Shown: positions 45,483 through 55,743 of the stretch, one piece after another
Position numbering within the stretch: the stretch's first letter is position 1
Layout: each line of letters opens with the position of its first letter
NCBI GenBank assembly: GCA_900299345.1
Contig: OMJM01000031.1
Span: forward strand, 14,788-78,787
Direction of reading: 5' to 3'
DNA: 64,000 bases
From: a bacterium
Lineage (GTDB): Bacteria > Fibrobacterota > Fibrobacteria > UBA11236
Position numbers and translations under genes: made by a program
The notes under the pieces: generated by a model
What the model was told of the DNA's origin: nothing
What the model saw: only the letters and a program-made list of their open reading frames with translations
The model's database searches: none

Positions 45483-46730
45483 CTAGGGTGTTTTTAAGAC
45501 TACCGCTCGCGCCCGCCCGGTAGGGTGCAGCTGCGAAATCTTCCGCCCCTTCACATCAATCGGGGCCGTTCCATCGTCCAAAAGTTTTTTCAAAGCTGCT
45601 TTTCTAGTGGCGATGGAAACAGGAGGCTGCGTCGCACCCAAGGTAACCGCGGTAGCGCCGGATTTCTGGGTTTCATAACTCAACTTGGCCCAGTTGGCGG
45701 AACGAACCACATTGGAAAGCTGTGATTCATCGAGTACTCCCTGATAGTAGGCGTCGCCCGTGAAAAAGGAGCGACCCATGTAAGCGGTGCGGGCCACAAC
45801 TGCAAGCGCTGCGGTAAGGGTACCTGCCTGAGCCTGTACACCATTGTGATATACCACGGTCGACATGCCGTTCAACGTAACGAGATAATGATGCCATTGA
45901 TTCACGGTCAGCACGCCGGTGGCGGTGGTCATACCCAGCGAAGTTCCCCCGTTACGAAACTCCAGCGTCAAATTATTGGTGGTGCCATTGCGGAAAAGTT
46001 CAATATTCCCGTTGGCATTTGCGCCCGCGGCGGCTTCAAACAGTCGTGAATAGGCTCGATTGGCATCGGTGGGATAAGCCCAAACGGAATAGCTGAATCC
46101 GCTGCTGTAATCCATGTACCCTCCGCCCAACGTCAGGTGATCACTGGTGCTTCCCGCTGCGCCACCGCGCAAGGTATCCGCCAGACCAATAACTCCGGCC
46201 TTGGCGGCATAACCACCCGGAAAATTCACAGGCGTTGCAGCATTACCCCCCTGCACGGCATTGGGACGCGCAGCAGTTCCAGAAGCGTCCCCCATATGCC
46301 ACACACCTTGAAATCCATTGGCCGCAGAGAAAACCTGTCCGCCGTTGGAACTGTCACCCGCACCATTTTTTCCCCAGCACATCCGCAAGGTGGTGGTGCT
46401 GTTTCCCAACACAGTGTCCAGCAACACCCAGAATTCCGCGGCCTTGGCCGCGCTATCCCAGCGCTCGCGTTGATGGGGAAACCTTGATGTTCCATCTGCC
46501 GTGGTGAAGCGAATGTCAGCACCATTAATTGCCGCCAGCGAAAACACGTCAGCATTTAAGGGCGTGAGACGCACCAGCAAGGGAAATTTGCCGACACCCC
46601 CGGTGACATTTGCACCCGTAGAAGTTGTATTCACAGTGATCATCTTGTAATGCGACCATGTCCCATAATTCTCCTGCGCCCCGGCGGCGAAAGCACAGAC
46701 GAGCAGAAAACGGATCATCGACTGAATCAT
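45483..46730 (-). CDS. secreted DUF2341 + LamG (concanavalin-A-like lectin) domain protein
   Basis: Signal peptide; YGTWSHYKMITVNT...FPLLVRL...IRFTTADGTSRFPHQRERWD..AEFWVLL = DUF2341 signature; downstream LamG/Laminin_G_3-like region; paralogous to the N-terminus of 46743..49244. Confidence 0.6.
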   Translation of the reverse strand: MIQSMIRFLLVCAFAAGAQENYGTWSHYKMITVNTTSTGANVTGGVGKFPLLVRLTPLNADVFSLAAINGADIRFTTADGTSRFPHQRERWDSAAKAAEFWVLLDTVLGNSTTTLRMCWGKNGAGDSSNGGQVFSAANGFQGVWHMGDASGTAARPNAVQGGNAATPVNFPGGYAAKAGVIGLADTLRGGAAGSTSDHLTLGGGYMDYSSGFSYSVWAYPTDANRAYSRLFEAAAGANANGNIELFRNGTTNNLTLEFRNGGTSLGMTTATGVLTVNQWHHYLVTLNGMSTVVYHNGVQAQAGTLTAALAVVARTAYMGRSFFTGDAYYQGVLDESQLSNVVRSANWAKLSYETQKSGATAVTLGATQPPVSIATRKAALKKLLDDGTAPIDVKGRKISQLHPTGRARAVVLKTP

Positions 46731-46742
46731 GACAGGTAACCT

Positions 46743-49244
46743 TTAGAGTGACAGGATGATTTTGGACGCTGCAAGCACTTCGGGCTTCCCTGTGCCATCC
46801 GAAATCACCTGCACGAAGTAAACTCCCGGAACCGGGAAGCCACCCTCGGAATGACCATCCCACGACACCTGTGTCGCCCCACTTTTAACATGACGACTCC
46901 AGACCGAACGACCATGCACATTGAGCACGGAAACAAGAACCGGACCGATTCCATTTGGCAGACGGATGGTGATCGAAGAAAGCCCATTGATATCTATCCC
47001 ATGTAAATTGCGGATCTGCGCTTCTATTGAAGATGAGGATATCACCCAAAGCGTCAAAATCGCGGTCGTGGAACCCACTGCATTGGTCGCCGTGATAGTG
47101 AAATCCGAGTAAGACGGGGTGGATGCCGTGGGCGTTCCAGAAATAATTCCCGTCAAGGTATCGAATGCAAGACCCGCAGGCAATACGGGGGTGATACTCC
47201 ATCGCGTCACTGTTCCTGTCACCGTCGGAGTATTCGCGGCAATGGTCTGACCTTGCGTGTACGTGGCTGGATTGGCGTTATAAAACAGTCCTGATGGAGC
47301 GCCGTACACCGTAATGCTGATCGTGACGGTTGCGGAACCCGCCGCATTGGTGGCAGTGACTGTATAGGTTTTCGTGGCCACAGTAGATGTGGGTGTTCCA
47401 GAAATCACACCTGTAGTGGCATTGAGACTCAAGCCCGCCGGTAGTGCTGGGTTCACCGCATAGGTCGCCACAGTACCCGTCACAGTCGGGTTGTTGGCGG
47501 TGATCGCGATGCCGCGCGGGTAGTTCGCCGTGGGAGTGGAATAGGAAAGTCCCGTGGGAGGTGCCAACACCGTGATGTTTACAGTTGCTGTCGTGGAACC
47601 TGCAGAATTACCGGCAGTCACGATATAATTGGTCGCTGGTGAGACTGCCGTGGGCGTTCCCGAGATAACACCCGTCGAGGTGCTCATCGTCAATCCGGCG
47701 GGAAGCGCGGGGGAAATCGAATACGACGTCACCGTGCCCGTCACCGTAGGACTATTCGCAGTGATGGCCGTATTGAGACCATAAATCGCGGGAGATGACG
47801 AGTACGACAATCCCGTGGGTGCGACCAGGCTTCCGTTCACCGCTATGGATAGTTGCGCAGTGGCGGAACCTCCAGCGTTGGTGGCAGTAATCGTATACGT
47901 CGTGGCGGATGCCGTGGCTGTCGGTGTTCCGGAAATCACACCCGTCTGCGTGTCGAAGGACAATCCGGCGGAAAGCGCCGGAGAAATCGAATAGGATGCC
48001 ACGCTGCCGCTCACCCGAGGGGTGCTGGCTGGAATGGCATAACCCACCGTATACACAGCGGGATTGGGGGCATAAGAGAGATTGTAAGGTGCGATGGCTG
48101 CCGTGGCGCCCAAAAGCACAAAAGAGGAATCCGTGCGCTGAGTCTGATAGCTCAATTTGATCCAGTCCGCAGACTGCGCCCTGCCCGCAAGCTCCACTTC
48201 ATCCATTGTACCGTTGAAATACTGATCATAGGGGGCCGACGAATCCATCTTTCCAATCGTGAATGCATCGGGCCAGACTTGATCCAAAGATGTCATGCCG
48301 GTCGCCGAATTGGTGGCCCTTTGTGTGCCGTTGATGTATATGATTCTGGAATTCGCCGTGAGCGTGGCGGCCACATGGTACCACGTATTGTTCGTCGCGG
48401 TGACTGTGGAACTGAGCGTTGCATCGGCACCACCATCCAGGGAATAAAACAACGAAATAAGACCCGCATTGTTGGTCACCAAGGCATATTGACGATTCGA
48501 TCCGTTACTGTAGGTATACCGGCCGGCCATGCACTGGACGGGATTGGTATTGCTGGTATTGGTTCCGGTGCGACGCATCCAGAAGGAAAGCGTCACGCCA
48601 TCGGTGCTGTTCATGTCGAGTCCACCATTGACATTTGTGGCAGTGAGGTATTTTCCATTCAGACCCGTGGCACCCTGGCCCGAACCATTGGCAAGGTTGA
48701 CCGCCTTGCCAATCATTCCATCCACGGAAGCAGGGCTGTTCTGCCATTTCGCTTCGAGATTACTGGGAGTTGCATCCGCGGATGGCGTTGAACTTTCCCC
48801 CAAATGCCACACTGCACGGAATGAATTGTCCCTGTTGAAGACCGCCGTTCCGCTCGAACTGTCCGGGGCACCGGTCTTGGACCAATAAATCTGGAGAGTG
48901 GTCGTATCGTTCCCTTTGACGTTCGGAACACGCACCCAAAATTCCGCCAACTTATTGGTTACATCCCAACGCTCACGTTGATAGACCAGATGCGTGGTGC
49001 CTCGGGCAAAACGAATGTCGAATCCATTCGCAAGCGCCCCTGTAAAAATGTCATTGGCGTTTGTGGCGTTGAGACGCACAAGCACGGGAAAGTCCGTTTG
49101 GGCGTTGGTAACACGAGCTCCACCAGCCTGATTACGGGTATCGATGACGATGGGTTTGTAGTACCCCCATGTCGTATAATCTTCCGCAGACACCAACGTG
49201 GATAAGCCAACTAGAAAACCGAAAAAACAAGCTTTGATGGACAT
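46743..49244 (-). CDS. secreted DUF2341 + LamG + six He_PIG repeats + T9SS-type C-terminal domain protein
   Basis: DYTTWGYYKPIVIDT..FPVLVRL..IRFARGTTHLVYQRERWD..AEFWVRV (DUF2341); six repeats ..SYSISPAL.AGL.....TGVISGTPTA..; C-terminus ..GGFPVPGVYFVQVISDGTGKPEVLAASKIILSL. Confidence 0.65.
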   Translation of the reverse strand: MSIKACFFGFLVGLSTLVSAEDYTTWGYYKPIVIDTRNQAGGARVTNAQTDFPVLVRLNATNANDIFTGALANGFDIRFARGTTHLVYQRERWDVTNKLAEFWVRVPNVKGNDTTTLQIYWSKTGAPDSSSGTAVFNRDNSFRAVWHLGESSTPSADATPSNLEAKWQNSPASVDGMIGKAVNLANGSGQGATGLNGKYLTATNVNGGLDMNSTDGVTLSFWMRRTGTNTSNTNPVQCMAGRYTYSNGSNRQYALVTNNAGLISLFYSLDGGADATLSSTVTATNNTWYHVAATLTANSRIIYINGTQRATNSATGMTSLDQVWPDAFTIGKMDSSAPYDQYFNGTMDEVELAGRAQSADWIKLSYQTQRTDSSFVLLGATAAIAPYNLSYAPNPAVYTVGYAIPASTPRVSGSVASYSISPALSAGLSFDTQTGVISGTPTATASATTYTITATNAGGSATAQLSIAVNGSLVAPTGLSYSSSPAIYGLNTAITANSPTVTGTVTSYSISPALPAGLTMSTSTGVISGTPTAVSPATNYIVTAGNSAGSTTATVNITVLAPPTGLSYSTPTANYPRGIAITANNPTVTGTVATYAVNPALPAGLSLNATTGVISGTPTSTVATKTYTVTATNAAGSATVTISITVYGAPSGLFYNANPATYTQGQTIAANTPTVTGTVTRWSITPVLPAGLAFDTLTGIISGTPTASTPSYSDFTITATNAVGSTTAILTLWVISSSSIEAQIRNLHGIDINGLSSITIRLPNGIGPVLVSVLNVHGRSVWSRHVKSGATQVSWDGHSEGGFPVPGVYFVQVISDGTGKPEVLAASKIILSL

Positions 49245-49270
49245 CTTTATATCTCCGATTTTAATCTCAG

Positions 49271-49335
49271 GGGGCTAAAAAATACAAGAAAAAACAAAAA
49301 TAAGGGCCACTCCCGCACACGGCGAAAAGTGGCCC
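49271..49335 (-). terminator. rho-independent terminator downstream of recA
   Basis: Stem GGGCCACT/AGTGGCCC (49304-49311/49328-49335) followed on the minus strand by TTATTTTTGTTTTTTCTTGTATTTTTT. Confidence 0.6.
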
Positions 49336-49364
49336 CGCTCCCATCCGGAGATCGGTAATCTCAA

Positions 49365-50477
49365 TTATTCGGCAACGCGGATATCGCTCCAATCCTCATC
49401 CTGAGAAGCGGCTCCAGCGTGGGCTTGAGCCTTAACTTCATCGCGGCTGGTTTTCAAAGTCTGACGGACTTTGGCGTCGATTTCAGCCGCCAACTCCTTA
49501 TTCTCCTTGAGATAGTCGCGAGCGCGTTCACGCCCTTGGCCGATGCGTTCCTTCCCGTATGAAAACCATGTGCCTGATTTCTGGACGATTTCCAAATCCG
49601 TGGCCAGATCGAGCAGGCTGCCCTCCCGCGAGATTCCCGTTCCGTAGAGAATATCGAACTCGCATTGCTTGAACGGGGCCGCCAGCTTGTTCTTGACGAC
49701 TTTGACGCGCGTGCGGCTACCCACCGCTTCTTCACCCTCCTTGATGGATGCGACCTTGCGAATGTCGAGACGCACGGATGCATAGAACTTGAGCGCGTTA
49801 CCACCGGTGGTGGTTTCGGGGTTGCCGAACATCACGCCGATTTTCATGCGCAACTGGTTGATGAAAATAAGACAGCACTGGGAACGACTGACAATGCCCG
49901 TGAGCTTGCGCAAGGCTTGCGACATGAGACGAGCTTGAAGCCCCATGTGGGAATCCCCCATCTCGCCGTTAATTTCGGCCTGCGGAACTAGGGCCGCCAC
50001 CGAATCCACCACAATAATGTCCACAGCACCGCTGCGCACGAGAGTTTCGCAAATGTCGAGTGCCTGTTCGCCGGTGTCCGGCTGCGACACAAGCAGATTG
50101 TCGATGTCCACTCCAAGACGACGGGCATACAGCGCGTCAAAGGCGTGTTCGGCATCGATGAATGCGGCGATGCCCCCGGCCTTCTGAGCTTCGGCTACGG
50201 AATGCAGCGCCAGGGTCGTCTTTCCCGAGGATTCCGGTCCGTAGATTTCCACGATGCGCCCCTTGGGTAATCCACCCACGCCAAGCGCCATGTCGAGCTG
50301 AATACAACCTGTGCTGACGATGGGAACATCCAGGGTTTCTTGCGAACCCAAGGTCATGATCGAACCCTTTCCATGGGCCTTCTCGATCTGGGATACGGCG
50401 GTTTCCACCGCGCGCCGTTTGCTCGCGGTCTCTTCGGACTTTTGCTCGGACATCGGGGACGTTTTCTTCGCGCTCAT
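49365..50477 (-). CDS. recA: recombinase RecA
   Basis: GPESSGKTT Walker A, full-length RecA conservation (..[38 protein letters not shown]..); AAGGAG RBS. Confidence 0.97.
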   Translation of the reverse strand: MSAKKTSPMSEQKSEETASKRRAVETAVSQIEKAHGKGSIMTLGSQETLDVPIVSTGCIQLDMALGVGGLPKGRIVEIYGPESSGKTTLALHSVAEAQKAGGIAAFIDAEHAFDALYARRLGVDIDNLLVSQPDTGEQALDICETLVRSGAVDIIVVDSVAALVPQAEINGEMGDSHMGLQARLMSQALRKLTGIVSRSQCCLIFINQLRMKIGVMFGNPETTTGGNALKFYASVRLDIRKVASIKEGEEAVGSRTRVKVVKNKLAAPFKQCEFDILYGTGISREGSLLDLATDLEIVQKSGTWFSYGKERIGQGRERARDYLKENKELAAEIDAKVRQTLKTSRDEVKAQAHAGAASQDEDWSDIRVAE

Positions 50478-50516
50478 GGCGGCACTCCTTTGAAATGGTG
50501 GAAATAATCTAATGAC

Positions 50517-50536
50517 TACTGCTCACTTGTGCAATG
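50517..50536. promoter_or_regulatory. candidate SOS (LexA-type) operator upstream of recA
   Basis: TACTGCTCACTTGTGCAATG: half-site TACTG conserved, second half weaker; 40-60 nt upstream of recA ATG; speculative. Confidence 0.25.
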
Positions 50537-50561
50537 CTTTTTTGAGTAGAAATAAATATTT

Positions 50562-51811
50562 TCATAACTCCTTTAAAATCAATAATCTAAGCCGATTTAA
50601 AGCCGAGTAGGCACTCTGCCATCGATTGGTTTTCCGATCACCGCGGAACACAAATTTTTGAACCTCAACACTTTTTTGCGATGCGACGGCGATATAAACC
50701 AGCCCTACGGGTTTTTCTTCCGAACCCCCATCAGGGCCCGCGATTCCGGTGATGGCAACAGCGTAATCCGTGTTGGAATTTTTCAAGCAGCCGCGTACCA
50801 TCGCCAATGCCACCGGCTCGGATACGGCTCCGTGTTGCTCCAATAATTCTTGCGGCACATTCAAAAGTCCATTTTTGGCCTCATAGGAATACGTGAGAAA
50901 ACCCTGACGGAACACGCTCGAGCTTCCCGGAATTTCCGTGAGCAAATATCCCAAAGCGCCGGATGTACACGACTCCGCCACGGACACAGTGCGATTGGAG
51001 TTCTTCAATAACCTGAACACCGTCTCCGTCAACGACGCTCCATTTCGCTCCACAATGCATTCGGCCGGAAACCGCTCCAGCATCTCTTCCCATGCTTGAT
51101 CGAGTCGGGTTTGCATGGCTTCTGCTTCGGCGCTATCTACGAAAGCCTCCAACGAAATCGTCACGCCGGGTTCGGACGGAAGCGAAGAGAAGCGAAACGG
51201 TTCCGGCGTCACGAACCCTTTGAGACATTCCCGTTGCCGGCTTTCGCTCAGACCGAATGTGACGACACGCTTGTGCAACAACACGGCATCACGCCGCAAC
51301 AGCAAGGGCCGGCAATGCTCATCGAACATGGTGCGAAACTCGTAAGGCACACCCGGGAAAGCAAAAATATTGATGCCGTTTTTTTCAACGCGGAAGCCGC
51401 AGGCTGTGCCCGCTGTGTTACGCAAAGGAATGGAACCACCCGGGATATGAAGTTGTTGGCGTTGCCCTTCGTTGATTTTATCCGCAGAAACACCCAGGCG
51501 CTCTGCGAGCCAAGCCTCGGCCTCCCGACTGAATTCCAAGGGCTGCCCAAGGAACTCCGCCACAGCTTCACGCGTGATGTCGTCCCGCGTGGGACCCAAT
51601 CCTCCCGTGAGGATCAGCATGCCACAGCGCGGAAGCACACCGGATTCGGACACGACGCTTCGCAATGTATGGCTGATGGCATCCGCATGATCCCCAATGG
51701 TCAGGTTGAAAGCCAGCTCGTGTCCCAACTCCGCAATCCATCCGGCCAGATCACGAGCATTGGTATTCAGAATCTTTCCAAGGAGTAATTCGTCGCCGAT
51801 ATTGATGAGAC
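50562..51811 (-). CDS. cinA: competence/damage-inducible protein CinA (MoCF-binding N-domain + CinA C-domain)
   Basis: Start at MRIGLINIGDELLLGKILNTNA (51811); C-terminal CinA-type deamidase-like domain; immediately upstream of recA as in many bacteria. Confidence 0.85.
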
Positions 51812-51868
51812 CGATGCGCATGCCATCACGAAATATAGGGAGATCCCCGGAAGTATCTTTCGATTCGG

Positions 51869-52828
51869 ATGCTTGCGCGCTTTTTCCTCCCGGTTCTGCT
51901 CCTGATTTCCATCGGCCTCTCCGCCGATCCTCGCCCGCCATCCGGCATCCCCGAAATCGACAGCTTGCCGCTGAACGACTGGAAAGCACAGAGCCATCCC
52001 CTGTCCACCTTCAAAGCGGTGTCCCTGTCCGCCGTGTTTCCCGGCGGCGGACAGTTCTACGGCGGCCATCCCGTGCGCGGAAGCTTTCTGGTCGGCCTCG
52101 AATCGGTGCTGTTCGGTTTATCCCTGTATACCTACCTCGTGGACCTCCCCCGTCTTGATCGCGTAACCAGCGATTATCTGGATTCCGCCAATTCGGCCTT
52201 TGATCGCATGATGCGCCTCACTCCGGATCAACGTGCCAGCAGTGTGGACAAATCCACCTTCGAAATTTCGATCCAACGTGCAAGGAACAACGCTTCATTG
52301 CGTTTGCAAAAAGCGGATCTCGCCAACTCGCAACTGGCATGGGCCATCGGATTGCATTTCTACGGCATGGCCGATGCGCTGGAAATCGCCCGGAAGAGCC
52401 AGAACCCCGATCCAAAATCCCGTTCCATCGAGAAGGCCATGTGGTGTGGTCTCGCCTTTCCTGGCGGTGCGCAACTCTACAACGAGCGCTACGGAAAATT
52501 CGGGATGTTGTGGATGGCGCTTGGCGCCAGCGCGGTGTCGGCTTGGTCGCGGCAAAATGTGGTCGAGTCGCTCAACCTGTCCATCGCCTCGGCCCGGGCT
52601 GAGGAAGGTACTGGAGGGATTGCGACGGACGTCGAGCAACTCGATGTGGACCGTACTCTCTACCGGAAGCGGAGGAACCAGTATTACTGGGGTATGGCCC
52701 TGCTTTACGTTTATGGGGTTCTGGACGGCATGGTGGATGCAGCTCTGTCGGACTTTGACAAACCCAACCGCTACGCCCTCGAGCCGGGTTCTACCCCCTT
52801 GTCGGCCGTAGCAGTAGTTCATTTCTGA
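51869..52828 (+). CDS. hypothetical membrane protein with two DUF5683-like motifs
   Basis: Signal/TM; repeated SAVFPGGGQFYGGHP and GLAFPGGAQLYNERYGK resembling the DUF5683 (..PGlGQiYN..) pattern. Confidence 0.45.
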   Translation: MLARFFLPVLLLISIGLSADPRPPSGIPEIDSLPLNDWKAQSHPLSTFKAVSLSAVFPGGGQFYGGHPVRGSFLVGLESVLFGLSLYTYLVDLPRLDRVTSDYLDSANSAFDRMMRLTPDQRASSVDKSTFEISIQRARNNASLRLQKADLANSQLAWAIGLHFYGMADALEIARKSQNPDPKSRSIEKAMWCGLAFPGGAQLYNERYGKFGMLWMALGASAVSAWSRQNVVESLNLSIASARAEEGTGGIATDVEQLDVDRTLYRKRRNQYYWGMALLYVYGVLDGMVDAALSDFDKPNRYALEPGSTPLSAVAVVHF

Positions 52829-52863
52829 AATTTCCACATTTTGGTTGAATTATGGACTTTATG

Positions 52864-52879
52864 CTGCACATAAAAGCAG
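52864..52879. promoter_or_regulatory. candidate SOS box (CTG-N10-CAG) immediately upstream of umuD
   Basis: TGCTGCACATAAAAGCAGTA matches about 14 of 20 positions of the E. coli-type LexA consensus TACTGTATATATATACAGTA, with CTG/CAG arms intact; 13 nt upstream of umuD ATG. Confidence 0.3.
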
Positions 52880-52891
52880 TATATTGGAAGT

Positions 52892-53269
52892 ATGTCCACA
52901 GCTGCCATCCGGGGCTTTGCCGCCATCGCAAACGACCACCTCGAGGCGCCGCTGGATATTTATCGCCTCTTGGTGAAGCATCCTGCAGCAACCTTCATCA
53001 TGCGAGCCAGCGGGCAGTCCATGAGCCCGGCGATTTGCAGCGGCGACCTGCTGTTGGTGGACAAATCGCTCACCGCGCGCGATGGCGACATCATCATCGC
53101 CTCGGTCAACGGAGAACTGATGGTCAAGCGTCTGTTCAAGCGCGAGGGCCTGCTCACCTTACTGCCGGAAAACCGTGAGTACTCCCCCATCGACGTGACT
53201 GCGGGTTTCGACTTCCAGATCTGGGGCGTGGTCACCTACATCATCCGCGACACGTGTACGCCATCGTAG
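52892..53269 (+). CDS. umuD: translesion-synthesis protein UmuD (S24 LexA-like peptidase)
   Basis: S24 catalytic Ser in ASGQSMSP and Lys in MVKRL; 125 aa; overlaps umuC start by 16 nt. Confidence 0.85.
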   Translation: MSTAAIRGFAAIANDHLEAPLDIYRLLVKHPAATFIMRASGQSMSPAICSGDLLLVDKSLTARDGDIIIASVNGELMVKRLFKREGLLTLLPENREYSPIDVTAGFDFQIWGVVTYIIRDTCTPS

Positions 53270-54507
53270 ACTGCAATAACTTCTTCGTCAGTTGCGAGCG
53301 TGTCTTCAATCCACGGCTGGAAGGCCGGCCCGTGGTGGTGCTTTCCAACAATGATGGCTGCGCGGTCTCGCGTTCCGATGAAGCCAAGGCACTGGGTGTT
53401 CCCATGGGCGCTCCGCGCTTCAAGTTCCGCGACCTCGAGAAACGTCACGGCATCGTGTGCCTGTCGTCCAATTTCGAATTGTACGCCGACATGTCGCGGC
53501 GGGTCATGTCCCTGTTCGATCAATGGTCCCCGGACGTGGAACCATACAGCATCGACGAGGCCTTTCTCTGGCTTCAAAATCCCTCGCGTGATTATCTCGA
53601 AAAAATCGCCCGGGAGATCCAGACAACGGTCAAACAGTGGACGGGAATTCCCGTGTCCGTGGGTGTCAGTACCACGAAGACGCTTTCCAAGGCTGCCAAT
53701 GACTTTGCCAAGCGCAACAAACTGGGAATCAAGATTCTGCCAATTGCAGAAGCGCCGGAAATGCTCTCCAGGCTGCACGCCAAGGATATCTGGGGCATCG
53801 GCCGCAAATTGACGGAATGGCTGGGTGAACGAGACATTCAGACGGCCCTGGAACTGAGCAACACCCCGGATCGCTGGATACGAAAACATCTCGGAGTCAC
53901 CGTGGAACGCACCGTGATGGAACTCCGGGGAATCCCCTGCATCCCCATGAACTGCCATCCCGGCGCACAGCGGAACATGGTGCATGCGCGCTCCTTCAGC
54001 CACCGGGTGGACTCCAAAGATGAACTCCGCACGGCCGTGGCCTATTACGCGGAACGCGTCGCGGCCAAACTGCGCCGGGAAAAATTGGCCGCGCAAGCCG
54101 CATGCGTTTTCCTGTCCACCGACTACCACAAGCCGCAGGACTCGCAGTATCACGGCTCGGAAACCTTGGCGTTTCAGGTGCCGACGAATTTCACCCCCGA
54201 GGTCGTGGAATACGCCCTGAAGGCGTTCGATCAAACCTTCCGTTCCGGCTTCCGCTATAAGAAAGCTGGAGTCATGATGCTGGAACTGGTCCCTCAGGGC
54301 GAGGTGCAGGGAGAACTTTTCGATAAGGTGGATCGTTTCAAAGCCAAAAAATTGATGTCCGCGTTGGATATTATGCAAGCGCGGCACGGCGAACGGGCTT
54401 TGCATTTCGCCATGGGAGGCGCGCAGGATGGCTGGCAATCGAAACGGGAATTCCGGACCCCGCGCTATACGACAAAATGGAACGAAATTCCGGTGGCACG
54501 CGCGTGA
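53254..54507 (+). CDS. umuC: Y-family DNA polymerase V catalytic subunit UmuC
   Basis: MYAIVDCNNFFVSCERVFNPRLEGRPVVVLSNNDGCAV N-terminus diagnostic of UmuC/DinB family; 417 aa. Confidence 0.9.
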   Translation: MYAIVDCNNFFVSCERVFNPRLEGRPVVVLSNNDGCAVSRSDEAKALGVPMGAPRFKFRDLEKRHGIVCLSSNFELYADMSRRVMSLFDQWSPDVEPYSIDEAFLWLQNPSRDYLEKIAREIQTTVKQWTGIPVSVGVSTTKTLSKAANDFAKRNKLGIKILPIAEAPEMLSRLHAKDIWGIGRKLTEWLGERDIQTALELSNTPDRWIRKHLGVTVERTVMELRGIPCIPMNCHPGAQRNMVHARSFSHRVDSKDELRTAVAYYAERVAAKLRREKLAAQAACVFLSTDYHKPQDSQYHGSETLAFQVPTNFTPEVVEYALKAFDQTFRSGFRYKKAGVMMLELVPQGEVQGELFDKVDRFKAKKLMSALDIMQARHGERALHFAMGGAQDGWQSKREFRTPRYTTKWNEIPVARA

Positions 54508-54555
54508 AAGGTGGTAGACTCCAGTTTCACGTTGAATTACCTTTACGGCCCCCGT

Positions 54556-54631
<76 letters not shown>

Positions 54632-54655
54632 TTTTGACCTTGATTTCCGAAACGA

Positions 54656-54690
54656 AAAAGCCGTTCCCAAAGGAACGGCTTTTTCGTTTT
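54656..54690. terminator. bidirectional rho-independent terminator between tRNA-Lys and convergent DUF1080 gene
   Basis: 8-bp stem GCCGTTCC/GGAACGGC with 4-nt loop flanked by A-run upstream and TTTTTCGTTTT downstream. Confidence 0.65.
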
Positions 54691-54703
54691 CTGTTTCGTG
54701 AGC

Positions 54704-55717
54704 CTAGTGCACGTACACCTTTTGCAACACGGTGTTTTTAGCGGAAGAAATCCGGACGATGAACATACCGGATTTCGCCAAGGCAAGGCGCTGCTCCGCG
54801 ACGGGACCGCCTTCCCCGCGCACAGAACGGATGGTTTTTCCGGACAGGTCCATGACCTCGACGGAGTATTTTCCCGGAACCGGCACGCGAATCAGCAATG
54901 AGTTTCGACCGCCTTCGACGGCATAGCGGGATTGCGATTGGAGGGCGCCATTGATGGCCGTGCCACCGCCAACGCCGTCCATGTTACGAATCTTGATGTT
55001 TTTGAACTGGGAAACCTTGACGGTTTCGTATTGAAGCGCGATAAGTCCAGGAGAGGTCGCAGCCACGTGCTGCGCGTTGGTCAGCTTGAGGGTGGTGCAG
55101 GTTATTCTCGTCGAGGGGCTCGCGAAGCCGTTGGGAAAATAGGACATGGTGATGGAGTCATTCACGATTTTGTAACTCAAATCCATGAAGTTGGTGGTGT
55201 TGAGATGGCACGAAGCAGGAGCGGTCGCCAAGGTCGTGTTCCCGCTATTGTAAACGTTACCGGTATATGTGGGGCCCAAATCGATTTGAGGGCCGAAAAC
55301 CCGGTATCCCTGACTCTGGCCTCCGCAAAGGTTGGTAATGGTTCCGCTACCGCAAAACCCACGCATGTTGAAACCGGAGTTACCGCTCGGACTACTCGTC
55401 ATACGCCAAGAGAAACGAAGCTCAATGTTCGCCTGTGTGGGAGATGCCTGAAACTTCCAAACAAGATTGGTCCATCCAGGATCTCCAGTGTGAGCCAGTC
55501 CATCGGTGGTTATCATGGCGCTGTCCGTGCCTGGATTGGCGATTCCCCAATTGGCGGTATGCGGCCAGAACTGGGTGGTGTCCAAAGTTCTCCTGTTCCA
55601 CAGGTCGTGGTACAAGGTGTCATTTTGCCAGATGGAATCCGGGATGGCGGAAAAAATCGAGGTGGCCCATACGAACGACACAAACAACGCTGAACCGAAA
55701 AGTCTTGTGGTTTTCAT
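54704..55717 (-). CDS. secreted DUF1080 (3-keto-disaccharide hydrolase-like, LamG fold) protein with T9SS-type C-terminal domain
   Basis: Signal peptide; NSGFNMRG..GYRVFGPQIDL and LQYETVKVSQFKNIKIRNM match DUF1080 blocks; C-terminal tail KYSVEVMDLSGKTIRSV...GMFIVRISSAKNTVLQKVYVH. Confidence 0.7.
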   Translation of the reverse strand: MKTTRLFGSALFVSFVWATSIFSAIPDSIWQNDTLYHDLWNRRTLDTTQFWPHTANWGIANPGTDSAMITTDGLAHTGDPGWTNLVWKFQASPTQANIELRFSWRMTSSPSGNSGFNMRGFCGSGTITNLCGGQSQGYRVFGPQIDLGPTYTGNVYNSGNTTLATAPASCHLNTTNFMDLSYKIVNDSITMSYFPNGFASPSTRITCTTLKLTNAQHVAATSPGLIALQYETVKVSQFKNIKIRNMDGVGGGTAINGALQSQSRYAVEGGRNSLLIRVPVPGKYSVEVMDLSGKTIRSVRGEGGPVAEQRLALAKSGMFIVRISSAKNTVLQKVYVH

Positions 55718-55743
55718 GAAATTCTCCCCGTTAAAAACGTCAA

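Noticed and set aside
47853-48791. 312-aa plus-strand ORF antisense to the DUF2341-LamG-He_PIG gene
   Set aside because: Arg/Gly/Cys-rich nonsense composition arising from the Thr/Ala/Gly-rich sense frame; antisense.
53236-54438. 400-aa minus-strand ORF antisense to umuC, and 53300..53812 plus-frame ORF
   Set aside because: umuC frame has diagnostic Y-family polymerase N-terminus; the antisense ORF is His/Gly/Arg-rich without motifs.
54932-55693. 253-aa plus ORF antisense to DUF1080 gene; 62151..62942 and 63306..63815 plus ORFs antisense to the last propeller gene
   Set aside because: Shadow ORFs in GC-rich coding DNA.
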